Shown piece by piece: positions 8,673-18,277 of a stretch of DNA of 32,000 nucleotides. How positions within the stretch are numbered: position 1 is the first letter of the stretch; each line of letters opens with the position of its first letter. The notes under the pieces were generated by a model. That model made no database searches. It was not told where the DNA came from and saw only the letters and a program-made list of their open reading frames with translations. The translations under genes and the position numbers were made by a program. The stretch is from positions 4,440,001 to 4,472,000 of the forward strand of contig NC_008312.1 of NCBI RefSeq assembly GCF_000014265.1, in the 5' to 3' direction. Origin of the DNA: Trichodesmium erythraeum IMS101 (GTDB lineage Bacteria; Cyanobacteriota; Cyanobacteriia; Cyanobacteriales; Microcoleaceae).

Positions 8673-11600
8673 TTATTTTTCACTTGTGCTCAAGATACGT
8701 TGGAGATATATTTGAGCCACTTGATCCCTGGGATTCAGTTTTAAGCATTGTGCAAACATTTTTCCGGGTTCCAATGAATGACCAGAAGCATAAAGGGATC
8801 TGGCAAGTTGAAATTGTTTGAGGGTATTTAATTTACCTTCTTTAACTGCGGGTGGATCGGCATCAAAAACTTCATAAACAGTTATTTTTTGCGATTTACC
8901 TTTGACTTTTAACGTATCTATGGAACGAATAGCGTAGTTGCTAGGTTGTGTCAGTTGTGAAAAAGTTTGTTCGGTAATTAACAACGACACTCCATAGCTT
9001 TTAGTCAAGCCTTCCACTCTCGAAGCCAAGTTTACAGCATCACTGATCACAGTACCATCCATACGATTTTGGCCACCGACAGTACCTAACATCAAAAGAC
9101 CAGTATTAATGCCAACACCAATTTTCACAGGAGAATGACCAGAATTAGCACGATACTGGTTATATTCCTTAAGCTGGTTGAGCATAGAAATTCCAGCTTT
9201 CACTGCATTATCTGCATTTCCAGAAAATAAAGCCATTATGGCATCGCCAATGTACTTGTCGATAAAACCTTGATTTTCTAAAATTGCTGGTTCCATCCTT
9301 GATAAAAAAGAATTAATAAAGCAAAAATTCTCAGCGGGAGTCATGGCTTCCGACATGGTAGTAAAATTACGAACATCAGAAAATAAAACTGACATTTTTA
9401 ATTGTACTTGGTCTCCTAATTCTACATCTACTATGCTTTCTTTATCCAAAAACTGAAGGAACTGTTTAGGAACAAATCGTTCATAAGCTTTATTAAGTTT
9501 ATCTAACCAGGCTTGATTTTCCAAAATTTGTGAATAAAATTTTGAATTGTCAATAGAGATAGCCGCTTGAGCAGACAGTATCTTTAAAAGTTCAACTCGT
9601 TCTGAAGTAAATGCACCTGTAGTTAAATTATTCTCTAAATAAATAACTCCTCTTAATTCACCTTGATTAATTAAAGGAGTACAGAGAATTGATTTATTTT
9701 GTCTGGCAATAATATAAGGGTCATTAATAAATGGTCCTTGATAGGTAGCATCGTTGAGTAAAATATTTTTTTTAGTGCGGAGTACATAATTGATAATCTT
9801 GTTTGGTAAAACAGGAATTGATGTTTCTGGGTCGATAAATTCTATGGGAATTGATTGTAAAATATTAACTTGGTTACTGTCTATTTTTCCTTGGGCTTCA
9901 ATAACCCAACTACCTTTATGGTTAAGAATTAAAAAGCCTTTTTGAGCCCCAGCATTTTCAATCACAATTTTCATTAAATTGTGCAGGAGATTTTCTAACT
10001 TAATTTCACCAGAAATTGCTTGAGATGCTTTAATAACTGTAGTTAAGTCGAGAATTTCTCCATCATTTCCTGTTGTAGAGATCGTGGTACTTAACCCTTG
10101 AGATTTATTCTGATTCGTTATTCCTAATAAATACTGAGGATATTCTGATTCTAATTGTTTAACTTTGGCTTTTGCCCCCCAACAAACGTAGCAATGATAA
10201 GCATTTTTTAAGTATAATTGACCGATTTCTTCTCTCCCAAAGGTGAAATAAAATTCAGATGCTCGTTCGTAAGCTAAAGCCTCTTCGTGGATAAATTCAT
10301 ACTTTTTTGCTCCTTGAATCGCTTTTTCATAAAATTCTTGTGCTCGCCAATTTTGCCCTAATATTCTGGCTTTTTCTGCTGCCACTAAATCATATTTATG
10401 TTGAAAGTTTTCTGGGCAACATTGACTCCATATTTTCATACTCTCCTGATTTTTGCCTACCTGTTCTAGTAATTCTTTTTGCTGTTTTGTATTAGCATTA
10501 TTGTAATAAGCTATCAAAGAAAGAGAAGAATAGAAATTATATTGTGGTTTTATTAAATGCCCCATCTGTTCCATCACATATTTTCTAGCATCTTGACTAC
10601 TCTTAAAAGCTATCAAGTAATCTTTCAAAAAATAAGAAACAAGTGTTTTACTAAAATAGTAAATAAACAAGAAATAAACATTCCTCTGATTCTCATATAT
10701 TTCTAAAGATGCATCATCTTCATCTTGAGAATTTCCTAGTAACAAACAGTATTTATATTGGCTTTCATTTCTTAAGTTTGTCGTAATATTTTTCAGCATT
10801 TCTATCTGATTGATAGACATTCTTTGATCTATCTTTTTAACCACCTCAGTATATGTTATAAAATCCTCCTCAACTTGCTCTAAATTAACTCCTCTAAAAA
10901 ACCTGACAAGGCAATATAACAAACAGGTATAACAAACATATTCATTACTTCCTATATTGATACCTTTCTGTATAGTATTAAGTAATTTTTCTTCTACTAT
11001 CTTGTCATTTATCAGCTTTCTCCAATGCCATATATATGCAAAAAAGTTATGAATTACTAAAGGTTCAAATTTAGTAACATTGTATTTCTCTAGTAATCTG
11101 AGAGACAGTTTTCCAAACTGATACCCAGAATCAATATCTCCTATTACTCCATATAGAAGCGCTCCATAAGAAACATAAATAGCAGCAGCTTGAGGAGGAT
11201 TATTATATTTTATACAAAGACTTAGTTGAGTTAAAAGTATCTCTACAAATAATGACATATTTGTTGTCACTGTTGAACTCCTAACTTGCTGCAATATTGA
11301 TATGGCTGCTAGTTTATAAGGATCAGTTAATTCTGGCAAATCAGCTAATTCGGCAATTGTTTTTCCTTTTAATTTCAATTTTAGTGATTCATTTTCTTGT
11401 TTAATCCTATTTTTTATTTCACTTTCACTAACAACTTCTTGGGATAAAGATACACCCAGTTTTGTCAAAGCTTTCAAAGCAATATTAATTGCTTTCTGTG
11501 TCTTAAATTGAGCAAAATAAGACATAATAATTAACTCATAAACTTTAACCTGATCAAGAATATTTTGACTTTTTTGCAGAATAGTTCTAGATAATTCTTC

Positions 11601-14090
11601 AGTTTGCTCCCACTTGGCATTTAAATATAAAATTTCTAGGGTTTCTACATGAAGTTCTAAAGTCAATTGATAATGATTCTGCCAGCTATTTTCCTCTAAT
11701 AGTTCTAAACCAGTTTCTAAGTATCTTAAAGCTGGTGCATAAGCTGTTGAAGCTTTAGCTTTTTTACCTGCTTTAAAATTAAGTTTAACTAATTCATATC
11801 TTTCTGATTTTTTAGTTATTAAAGCACTCCCTTCATTCAATTGATTAACAATATCAAATATCTTCTTTTCTAACTCATATTCTCCAAGATTTCTCAATAG
11901 TAGACGACCTATTTGTAAATGTAATTTATTTTTCTGATCTTCTGGAATTAAAGAATAGGCAGCTTGTTGAACTCGGTCATGCAAAAATTTGTAAGGGACG
12001 TACTTGGCTGATTCCAAATAGTTTTCTGGCAGCTCATTTGATAATTCTTCAGCATTCCAAAGTAAAACGATTTTATAGTTATTATCCAGAGGATTTATTA
12101 GTCCTTCCTGAATTGCATATTCTAATTCTTGGGCAGTAATTGTTTGAGATTTTCTATTAATAATCGAAAGAATTTCTAAATTAAATTGGTTACCAATACA
12201 AGCTGCTAATTTGAGAATATTTTGAGTTTTTAGCTCTAGTTTTTCAATTTTACTTACCATCAATTCTACTACATTATCGGTAATAGATACCCTTTTAATC
12301 TCTTCTATATCCCATTGCCAATAACATTTTTGATGTTTTTTTGTATTAATTAAAGACTGAGGCTCCTGAAATACTAGCAAACTTTCTTGATACAAATAAT
12401 AGAGAAGTTGAGTTAGGAAAAAAGGATTACCATTGGTTTTTTTCCTAATTAACTTAGCTAAAGGTTTTGAAATTTCTGAGCTGCAACTGAGGGTATCAGC
12501 AATTAATTGATTAATGTGGGTAAATTTTAAGGGCGAAAGGCTAATTTCATTAACTATAACTTTTCCTTGCTTAATTTTATTTAAGGTATTTACTAAAGGA
12601 TGGGTTGAACTAACTTCATTATTTCTATATGCCCCCAGCATCAGAAAATATTGGTTGTCAGAATTTGACATTAATTGCTCTATTAAATTTAGAGAGGGTA
12701 AGTCTGCCCATTGTAAATCATCAATAAAGATAACTAGAGGGTGTTCTTTCTCACAAAAAACTTTCAGAAATCTTTGAAAATATAAATTAAAACGATTTTG
12801 ACTTTCACTTCTATCTAGGTGTTCAACTGGTGGTTGCTGCCCGATAATTTTTTCGAGTTCAGGAATTACATCAATCAGAATTTGACCATTATTTCCTACA
12901 GCTTCTAGAATCTTTTTTTCCCAAATTTTTAGGGTTATTTCTGCTTCACTTAGTAGTTGATAGATTAAGTCGTGAAAAGCTTGAGAAATAGCTGAATAGG
13001 GAATATCTCGCTGTAATTGGTCGAATTTTCCCTTAATAAATTGTCCTCGTTTTTGTGTAATAGGTTTGTGAATTTCATTAACTAAAGCAGATTTACCAAT
13101 TCCTGAATAACCAGAAATTAGAATCATTTCTGTTGTTCCTTGAGTAACCTTCTCAAATGTGTTTAAAAGTTGAGCTATTTCCTGTTCTCGACCATAGAGT
13201 TTTTGGGAAATATGAAACTTTTTAGAAATATCTTGACTACCTAAAGTAAACTCAGAAATTTTTCCTAAAGATTCTAACTGACTGAGACATTTTTTTAAGT
13301 CAGCTTCAATTCCTAAAGCATTTTGATATCTTTCTTCTGGAGATTTAGCTAACAATTTGATGATGATATTAGATAGAGAATTAGGAATATTAGGATTTAG
13401 TTTATGGGGTGGTAAAGGTTGTTGTGCAATATGACAATGAACTAACTCTATTGAGTCATTTGTTTCAAAAGGAAGTTGATTGGTTAAAAGCTCATAAAAA
13501 GTCACGCCAAGAGCATAAAAGTCACTGCGATAATCTATTCCTCGGTTCATTCTACCTGTTTGTTCTGGGGCGATATATGCTAAAGTTCCTTCTAGTTGAT
13601 GAGGGGGAAAAACTTTGATAAATTCTTGGGATAAGCGGGTAGAAATGCCAAAGTCGATGATTTTTAGTTGACCTGTTTGAGGATTATAGATAATATTGGA
13701 AGGGTTGATATCTTTGTGGATGATATTATTTGTATGAATTACTGCTAAACCTTTAGTTATCTGAATAGCAATAGTGAGAAATTCTTCTAATGTGAATTGA
13801 GTTTGGGGTAATAATAACTTTAAAGATTTACCGCCAAAGTCTTCTAAAAGTATGACTAAACTATTGTTATATCGGTGTAAATCATAAACGATAATTATCT
13901 GCTCTCTCTTATTTAAAGAACGAGTAATTTCATATTCTTGTTTATAACGAGTTAGTTCTGAAGGTGTAGGATAGTTTTCTTTAAGAAACTTTAGAATAAT
14001 AGGTTGATTATTTGGTTTTAATAAGCCTTGAAAAACTAAGGAATTAGGACTTTCATATATTTGCTTAGTAAGTTTATAGTTAGTTTCCAT
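8673..14090 (-). CDS. Multidomain signalling protein (1805 aa): Ser/Thr-kinase-like domain, P-loop ATPase, helical/TPR-like region, GAF, class III adenylate/guanylate cyclase
   Basis: Complete ORF. Motifs seen in order: HKDINPSN, DFG and APE; then GYSGIGKS; then a GAF-like block; then FSDVRNFT..IGDAIMALF..VNLASRVE. Confidence 0.9.
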   Translation of the reverse strand: METNYKLTKQIYESPNSLVFQGLLKPNNQPIILKFLKENYPTPSELTRYKQEYEITRSLNKREQIIIVYDLHRYNNSLVILLEDFGGKSLKLLLPQTQFTLEEFLTIAIQITKGLAVIHTNNIIHKDINPSNIIYNPQTGQLKIIDFGISTRLSQEFIKVFPPHQLEGTLAYIAPEQTGRMNRGIDYRSDFYALGVTFYELLTNQLPFETNDSIELVHCHIAQQPLPPHKLNPNIPNSLSNIIIKLLAKSPEERYQNALGIEADLKKCLSQLESLGKISEFTLGSQDISKKFHISQKLYGREQEIAQLLNTFEKVTQGTTEMILISGYSGIGKSALVNEIHKPITQKRGQFIKGKFDQLQRDIPYSAISQAFHDLIYQLLSEAEITLKIWEKKILEAVGNNGQILIDVIPELEKIIGQQPPVEHLDRSESQNRFNLYFQRFLKVFCEKEHPLVIFIDDLQWADLPSLNLIEQLMSNSDNQYFLMLGAYRNNEVSSTHPLVNTLNKIKQGKVIVNEISLSPLKFTHINQLIADTLSCSSEISKPLAKLIRKKTNGNPFFLTQLLYYLYQESLLVFQEPQSLINTKKHQKCYWQWDIEEIKRVSITDNVVELMVSKIEKLELKTQNILKLAACIGNQFNLEILSIINRKSQTITAQELEYAIQEGLINPLDNNYKIVLLWNAEELSNELPENYLESAKYVPYKFLHDRVQQAAYSLIPEDQKNKLHLQIGRLLLRNLGEYELEKKIFDIVNQLNEGSALITKKSERYELVKLNFKAGKKAKASTAYAPALRYLETGLELLEENSWQNHYQLTLELHVETLEILYLNAKWEQTEELSRTILQKSQNILDQVKVYELIIMSYFAQFKTQKAINIALKALTKLGVSLSQEVVSESEIKNRIKQENESLKLKLKGKTIAELADLPELTDPYKLAAISILQQVRSSTVTTNMSLFVEILLTQLSLCIKYNNPPQAAAIYVSYGALLYGVIGDIDSGYQFGKLSLRLLEKYNVTKFEPLVIHNFFAYIWHWRKLINDKIVEEKLLNTIQKGINIGSNEYVCYTCLLYCLVRFFRGVNLEQVEEDFITYTEVVKKIDQRMSINQIEMLKNITTNLRNESQYKYCLLLGNSQDEDDASLEIYENQRNVYFLFIYYFSKTLVSYFLKDYLIAFKSSQDARKYVMEQMGHLIKPQYNFYSSLSLIAYYNNANTKQQKELLEQVGKNQESMKIWSQCCPENFQHKYDLVAAEKARILGQNWRAQEFYEKAIQGAKKYEFIHEEALAYERASEFYFTFGREEIGQLYLKNAYHCYVCWGAKAKVKQLESEYPQYLLGITNQNKSQGLSTTISTTGNDGEILDLTTVIKASQAISGEIKLENLLHNLMKIVIENAGAQKGFLILNHKGSWVIEAQGKIDSNQVNILQSIPIEFIDPETSIPVLPNKIINYVLRTKKNILLNDATYQGPFINDPYIIARQNKSILCTPLINQGELRGVIYLENNLTTGAFTSERVELLKILSAQAAISIDNSKFYSQILENQAWLDKLNKAYERFVPKQFLQFLDKESIVDVELGDQVQLKMSVLFSDVRNFTTMSEAMTPAENFCFINSFLSRMEPAILENQGFIDKYIGDAIMALFSGNADNAVKAGISMLNQLKEYNQYRANSGHSPVKIGVGINTGLLMLGTVGGQNRMDGTVISDAVNLASRVEGLTKSYGVSLLITEQTFSQLTQPSNYAIRSIDTLKVKGKSQKITVYEVFDADPPAVKEGKLNTLKQFQLARSLYASGHSLEPGKMFAQCLKLNPRDQVAQIYLQRILSTSEK
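8863..9400 (-). other. Class III nucleotidyl cyclase catalytic domain (approximate)
   Basis: Metal-binding Asp motifs VLFSDVRNFT and DKYIGDAIMALF. Also GINTG..MLGTVG, and the Asn/Arg motif DAVNLASRVE. Confidence 0.8.
9560..10055 (-). other. GAF domain (approximate)
   Basis: ILDLTTVIKASQAISGEIKLENLLHNLMKIVIENAGAQKGFLIL ... LINQGELRGVIYLENN ... LLKILSAQAAISIDN. Confidence 0.7.
13089..13112 (-). other. Walker A / P-loop of the ATPase module
   Basis: GYSGIGKS at aa 327-334. A Walker-B-like LVIFIDDLQWAD lies further downstream. Confidence 0.75.
13281..14078 (-). other. Protein kinase-like domain (approximate)
   Basis: ILKFLK (VAIK-like Lys), IIHKDINPSNII catalytic loop at 13695-13718, IIDFGIS, AYIAPEQ. 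Confidence 0.75.
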
Positions 14091-14387
14091 TTTATTATTT
14101 ATTGAGCTTCAATAATCTTTTCAATAAGTCAGCTATTATTTGAGTTTCTTAGAAAAATTTTATTACTCTACTTGACTAACGTAGCAATCCTAAGTTATCA
14201 CCTAGAATCATCAAATGCTTTGTAAAAAAAATAGGTATAACTCCTGTTAATTCTACCTCCTGTATCTTGCTTTCCAGCCACCAATTTCTATCACAAATCA
14301 TATCATATTACTACTAATTTTTATTATCAATTATATAGCAAGCAGGGATAAAACGTAAGAAGATAAAAAAAGTAAATATCGGCAAAC

Positions 14388-14492
14388 ATGGAATATTTAG
14401 ATACCTTTATCAAGTCAAATTAAGACTCCAGAGAGTTAAAAGGAGCCATGGTAGTTATAGTTAACAACTCTAATGGGTTGTCAAATAGTTAA
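14388..14492 (+). pseudogene. Possible decayed IS630-like transposase HTH fragment
   Basis: MEYLDTFIKSN*DSRELKGAMVVIVNNSNGLSNS* resembles, from memory, cyanobacterial IS630-type N-termini (..NPDxRELKRAxAV..). It has an in-frame stop and no downstream catalytic domain. Confidence 0.3.
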
Positions 14493-15347
14493 AAAAGGAA
14501 AAGGTAAATTTAAAAGTCAGAAAAAACACAAAAAAGGGCAAAGATGCTTAATGGAGATCAACATTTGTTTTTCATGTCTGGTGATAGCATCAATTTTGTA
14601 AATTCTTGATTTGACTATATTTTTAACTATTTAATCGAAACTTCAATACTAGAAGATGTTAAATTGTGTCAGCAAATTGTTGATAAAAATGACATATAAC
14701 TGTTAGTATTTAGACCAGAATTGTAGTGATATTGGATTGAGGATAACTAAAGTAATTATGCCAAGAATGTGTTATATATGGAAGCGGTTATGGCTAGAAA
14801 ATTTATATGATCTTTCTGTTAAAATAGGATAGTTGAAAGAGTCTTTAACAGAAGATAAATTAAATCCTTTTTCTATGTCAATGTCAACTTTTAGTCAGAC
14901 TTAACCACAAAGGAAAGTTGTTGCTATTATCAGCCCTTTTAAGACACCATTAGCTTTCATTTATTAAGTTTTTTTAATTCATCAAAACTTATCTCAAAAC
15001 CTCTCTCCTAGGAGGAGAGGAGATTATAATCCCCATTCCCTTCTTAGTAAGGGTTGTAGAAGGGGTTAGGTTTTTAGGAATGATTAATCATACAGCACTT
15101 CTCAAATAACTTCTAAATGATTCCTAATTTACTAAAAAATTTATTCATCAAAACTGTATAACTTTTTTCTTTATTTCAGCCTAGCATAGCCGATATTATA
15201 TTAATATTTTAGCTGTTGCATTCTCAAAATTTATGAAAACTTGAAAAAGGAAATAAAAATCATGAAAATTTTACCTAATATCAGGTATTTAATGTCCCCA
15301 AAAATCATTATATTTTAGACTTATTAAACTTAAAAACTGATGTAGCT

Positions 15348-15596
15348 TCAGAGATTTCTTGTTAAAGAATATAAGAGAGAATATCCTCCAAAAAATAGAA
15401 CAGGAACTGCTATCATCACAATTATTGAACCTAAAGGAGCTTCAGAAGAAATTACATAGACTAATATTGCTGTATAGGGAACTAATACTCCAATTCCAGC
15501 AAGAGTTAATTTTTTAGGAGTCCATTTAATCTCTTTTTTCTGAACTTTTGTCAGCATCTTTAGGTCTTTCCCTTTTAAAATCTTACCTCTTGGCAT
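15348..15596 (-). CDS. Small hypothetical membrane protein (82 aa, two predicted TM helices)
   Basis: Lys-rich N-terminus followed by two hydrophobic stretches (LAGIGVLVPYTAILVYVI and GSIIVMIAVPVLFFGGYSLLY). Same strand as the TPR-sulfotransferase gene and 88 bp downstream of it. Confidence 0.5.
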   Translation of the reverse strand: MPRGKILKGKDLKMLTKVQKKEIKWTPKKLTLAGIGVLVPYTAILVYVISSEAPLGSIIVMIAVPVLFFGGYSLLYSLTRNL

Positions 15597-15684
15597 GAGT
15601 TACTCCTTTGACTAATAATTATCAGATACTTTGATTTTATTTACTTTATTCTAACTATTCCACAAAACTGAAGCAACTTAAGTA

Positions 15685-18183
15685 TTATTTCCAATCAAAC
15701 TGCATTCCTAAATATTCCTCTAGCCTTTGATTATGAGGTTGAAAATATTCACTTAATTTCTGGCGCATATCATCACTTATTGGTGAATAATGTCCTGGAT
15801 TTAACTTTCTATATTCAGGCAGTTTATGTTCTGGTAACCCTAGAAATTTAAATACTTTTTTCATGGTATTTACAGGTTTTTGATAAAGGTCTTCTGCTTT
15901 TAAAATCAGTATTTGCTCTCTAGGAAATACTCCTAACCATTTATTAATAAACTCTACATAAATACCACGCCCTATATAATTCCCTGGTTGCTGCCAATAA
16001 ATTTTTTCTCCTTGGGGTTTTTGGGGATTTTTGCTGAGTATTTCTAACTCGTAATTTATAGCTGTTTCAAAAGAGCGATCCTCCCAATTTAATCTAATAC
16101 AATGATTGTATTGAGAGAAGGCTCTATCCACAGGATTTCTTAATATTATTAATAGTTTTACTTTTGGAAATACGTTATATATTCTCTTAGCAGTCTGATA
16201 ATTTTCTAGATAGTTAGGAGTTGCTTCTCCAGTAATAAATTTTTCTGATTTAGGAATAGGAGGAAAATGTGCTAGATACCAATTAATTCCTTTGTTGAAG
16301 TCTCTATACCAAAAATGCGTTTCTTTTTTAATTGCTGGTATTACCCAGGGATGTTGAGCAATATAATTTTCTAGTGAAGTTGTACCACTTTTTTGAGCGC
16401 CAATAATAATAAAGTTAGGACCATTAGTATTTTTTAAATCCCAATTTTGTTCAACAAAAGTAGGATTAGATTGGCGAGTTTTGTTGTAGGAAGCAGTTTG
16501 ATAATTTTTGATTGCTGCGTCTAAATTTCCTGTTTTTGTGAGAATTTCTCCGAGGTTAACATAACACCAAATACTTTCTAGATTTTCTTGAGTGGCTTTT
16601 TGAAAAAATGCCAATACTTGTTGTATTTTTCCTTGTTTAATCAGAAAATCTAATAAATCAGAATAGAAGAAAAACCAGGGATATTCAGGTTTAATTTTAA
16701 TTGCTTTTATATAAGCTTCGGCAGCTTGATTCAACCTCTGAAGTTTAAGTAAAATATTTCCTAGTTTATAATGAGATATGAATTGTTTCGAGTTTTTATT
16801 AATAGTATTTTGGCAATTAGTTAGTTCCTGGTATAAATCTTTCTTTTTGTTTTCTAGTTGGGCAAGTTGCCAAGTAATTTCTGGATGATTTGGCTCCACC
16901 TGCAAACCTATACTATAAACGATTATCCCTGGATTAAATAGATTCTTTTTTCCTAGTAAACTTCCGAGTTTTAAGTAAAATTCTGGAGCTTCTGGCTGAA
17001 TTAATAATTCTTTAATAGGGGTAGATTTCTGTTGTTGATAATTTTGAATAATCTCAGAATAATAGTTAATAGTTTCTTTTAAATTTGATTGAGATTGTTT
17101 TTCCAGAGCGTATCCCAGTCGTTCATAGATACTTGGCAAATCTTGATTAATTTTAAAGGCATAAAGATAAGCTACTACTGCTTCATTCCATATTTTAAGT
17201 TGGATTAATGTTTCTCCTAAACTGTAGTAAGACCAGAGAAAATTAGGATTGAGTTTAATAGCTTTATGGTAGGCAACAATGGCAGCATCTAACTCTCCTT
17301 TTTCTTGGAAAATATTAGCTAACTTATGATGAACCACCCAAGTTTCTGGTTTTAATTCTATAGATTTTTGATAGGCACTAATAGCTGCATCTAATTGTTT
17401 GTGTTTGACTAGAGCATCTCCCAAACAATGATAAGTAACGGCATCTTGAGAATTTAATTGAAGTGCTTCTTGATAAGAAGAAATTGCTTTTTCCCACTGC
17501 TGAGTATTGGCAAAAGCTTTACCTAAACTGTGATGAGACCAGGAAAATTTCGGGTTAAGTTTAATAGCTTTTTGATAACTTGATATAGCTGCTTGCCATT
17601 TTTCTTCTTGACTATAAAATTCTCCTAAATTATGATGTGCTTGATAGAGGTTTGGATTGAATTTAAGTGACTGTTCGTAACAAGCGATCGCTTCTTTTTT
17701 TCTGTTATACGTTAATAGAGTTTTTCCCAAATTCAAATATTCCAAATCTGTTGCCAATTCTGGTTTTAAAATAAATGCTTTATACTGACAAGAAGCTGCT
17801 AATTCTGGCTTGTCTATTTGATGGTATATTTCTGCTAAAGCACGATAAGCACTGGCAAAATTTGGTTCTAGTTTGGTAGCTTTTTGGTAGGAAGCAACAG
17901 CTTGATCCCACTCCTGTTGTTTGACATAAACACTCCCTAGATTAGCATGATTTTCAGCTAAATTTGGTTGTTTTTCTATAGCTTTTTTATACCAAGTAAT
18001 AGCAGCATCTAAGGCATCTATTTTTTCCATGATTTTCCCTATAGTATTACTAACTGGGGCAAAATCTGGAACTAATTCTAAAGCTTGTAAAGAGGTAGCA
18101 TAAGCTTTATCAAAATCTCCTTGACTTAGATAATATTCTGCTTCTTGATTTAATTTTAATGCTGCTGTTTCTGGATTTTCCAT
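15685..18183 (-). CDS. TPR-repeat / sulfotransferase fusion protein (832 aa), paralogue 1
   Basis: About 580 aa of TPR repeats (repeated A..Y.KAI.L.PN motifs), then a C-terminal domain with PAPS-binding-type motifs. Confidence 0.85.
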   Translation of the reverse strand: MENPETAALKLNQEAEYYLSQGDFDKAYATSLQALELVPDFAPVSNTIGKIMEKIDALDAAITWYKKAIEKQPNLAENHANLGSVYVKQQEWDQAVASYQKATKLEPNFASAYRALAEIYHQIDKPELAASCQYKAFILKPELATDLEYLNLGKTLLTYNRKKEAIACYEQSLKFNPNLYQAHHNLGEFYSQEEKWQAAISSYQKAIKLNPKFSWSHHSLGKAFANTQQWEKAISSYQEALQLNSQDAVTYHCLGDALVKHKQLDAAISAYQKSIELKPETWVVHHKLANIFQEKGELDAAIVAYHKAIKLNPNFLWSYYSLGETLIQLKIWNEAVVAYLYAFKINQDLPSIYERLGYALEKQSQSNLKETINYYSEIIQNYQQQKSTPIKELLIQPEAPEFYLKLGSLLGKKNLFNPGIIVYSIGLQVEPNHPEITWQLAQLENKKKDLYQELTNCQNTINKNSKQFISHYKLGNILLKLQRLNQAAEAYIKAIKIKPEYPWFFFYSDLLDFLIKQGKIQQVLAFFQKATQENLESIWCYVNLGEILTKTGNLDAAIKNYQTASYNKTRQSNPTFVEQNWDLKNTNGPNFIIIGAQKSGTTSLENYIAQHPWVIPAIKKETHFWYRDFNKGINWYLAHFPPIPKSEKFITGEATPNYLENYQTAKRIYNVFPKVKLLIILRNPVDRAFSQYNHCIRLNWEDRSFETAINYELEILSKNPQKPQGEKIYWQQPGNYIGRGIYVEFINKWLGVFPREQILILKAEDLYQKPVNTMKKVFKFLGLPEHKLPEYRKLNPGHYSPISDDMRQKLSEYFQPHNQRLEEYLGMQFDWK
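15688..16422 (-). other. Sulfotransferase domain of paralogue 1
   Basis: NFIIIGAQKSGTTSL (5-prime PSB-like), IKKETHFW, ILRNPVDRAFSQY (3-prime PB-like). Confidence 0.7.
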
Positions 18184-18277
18184 TAACTTTACTGTTACTC
18201 CTACTCAGCTTACTGATAATTATATCATTAATCTTATTCTATGCCTATTTTTTTATTCTAGCTTTGAGCCAAGTAAA

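Noticed and set aside
10307-13618. Plus-strand ORFs 10307..10495, 12514..12777 and 13409..13618
   Set aside because: They are antisense to the 1805-aa signalling protein gene and show no recognisable motifs.
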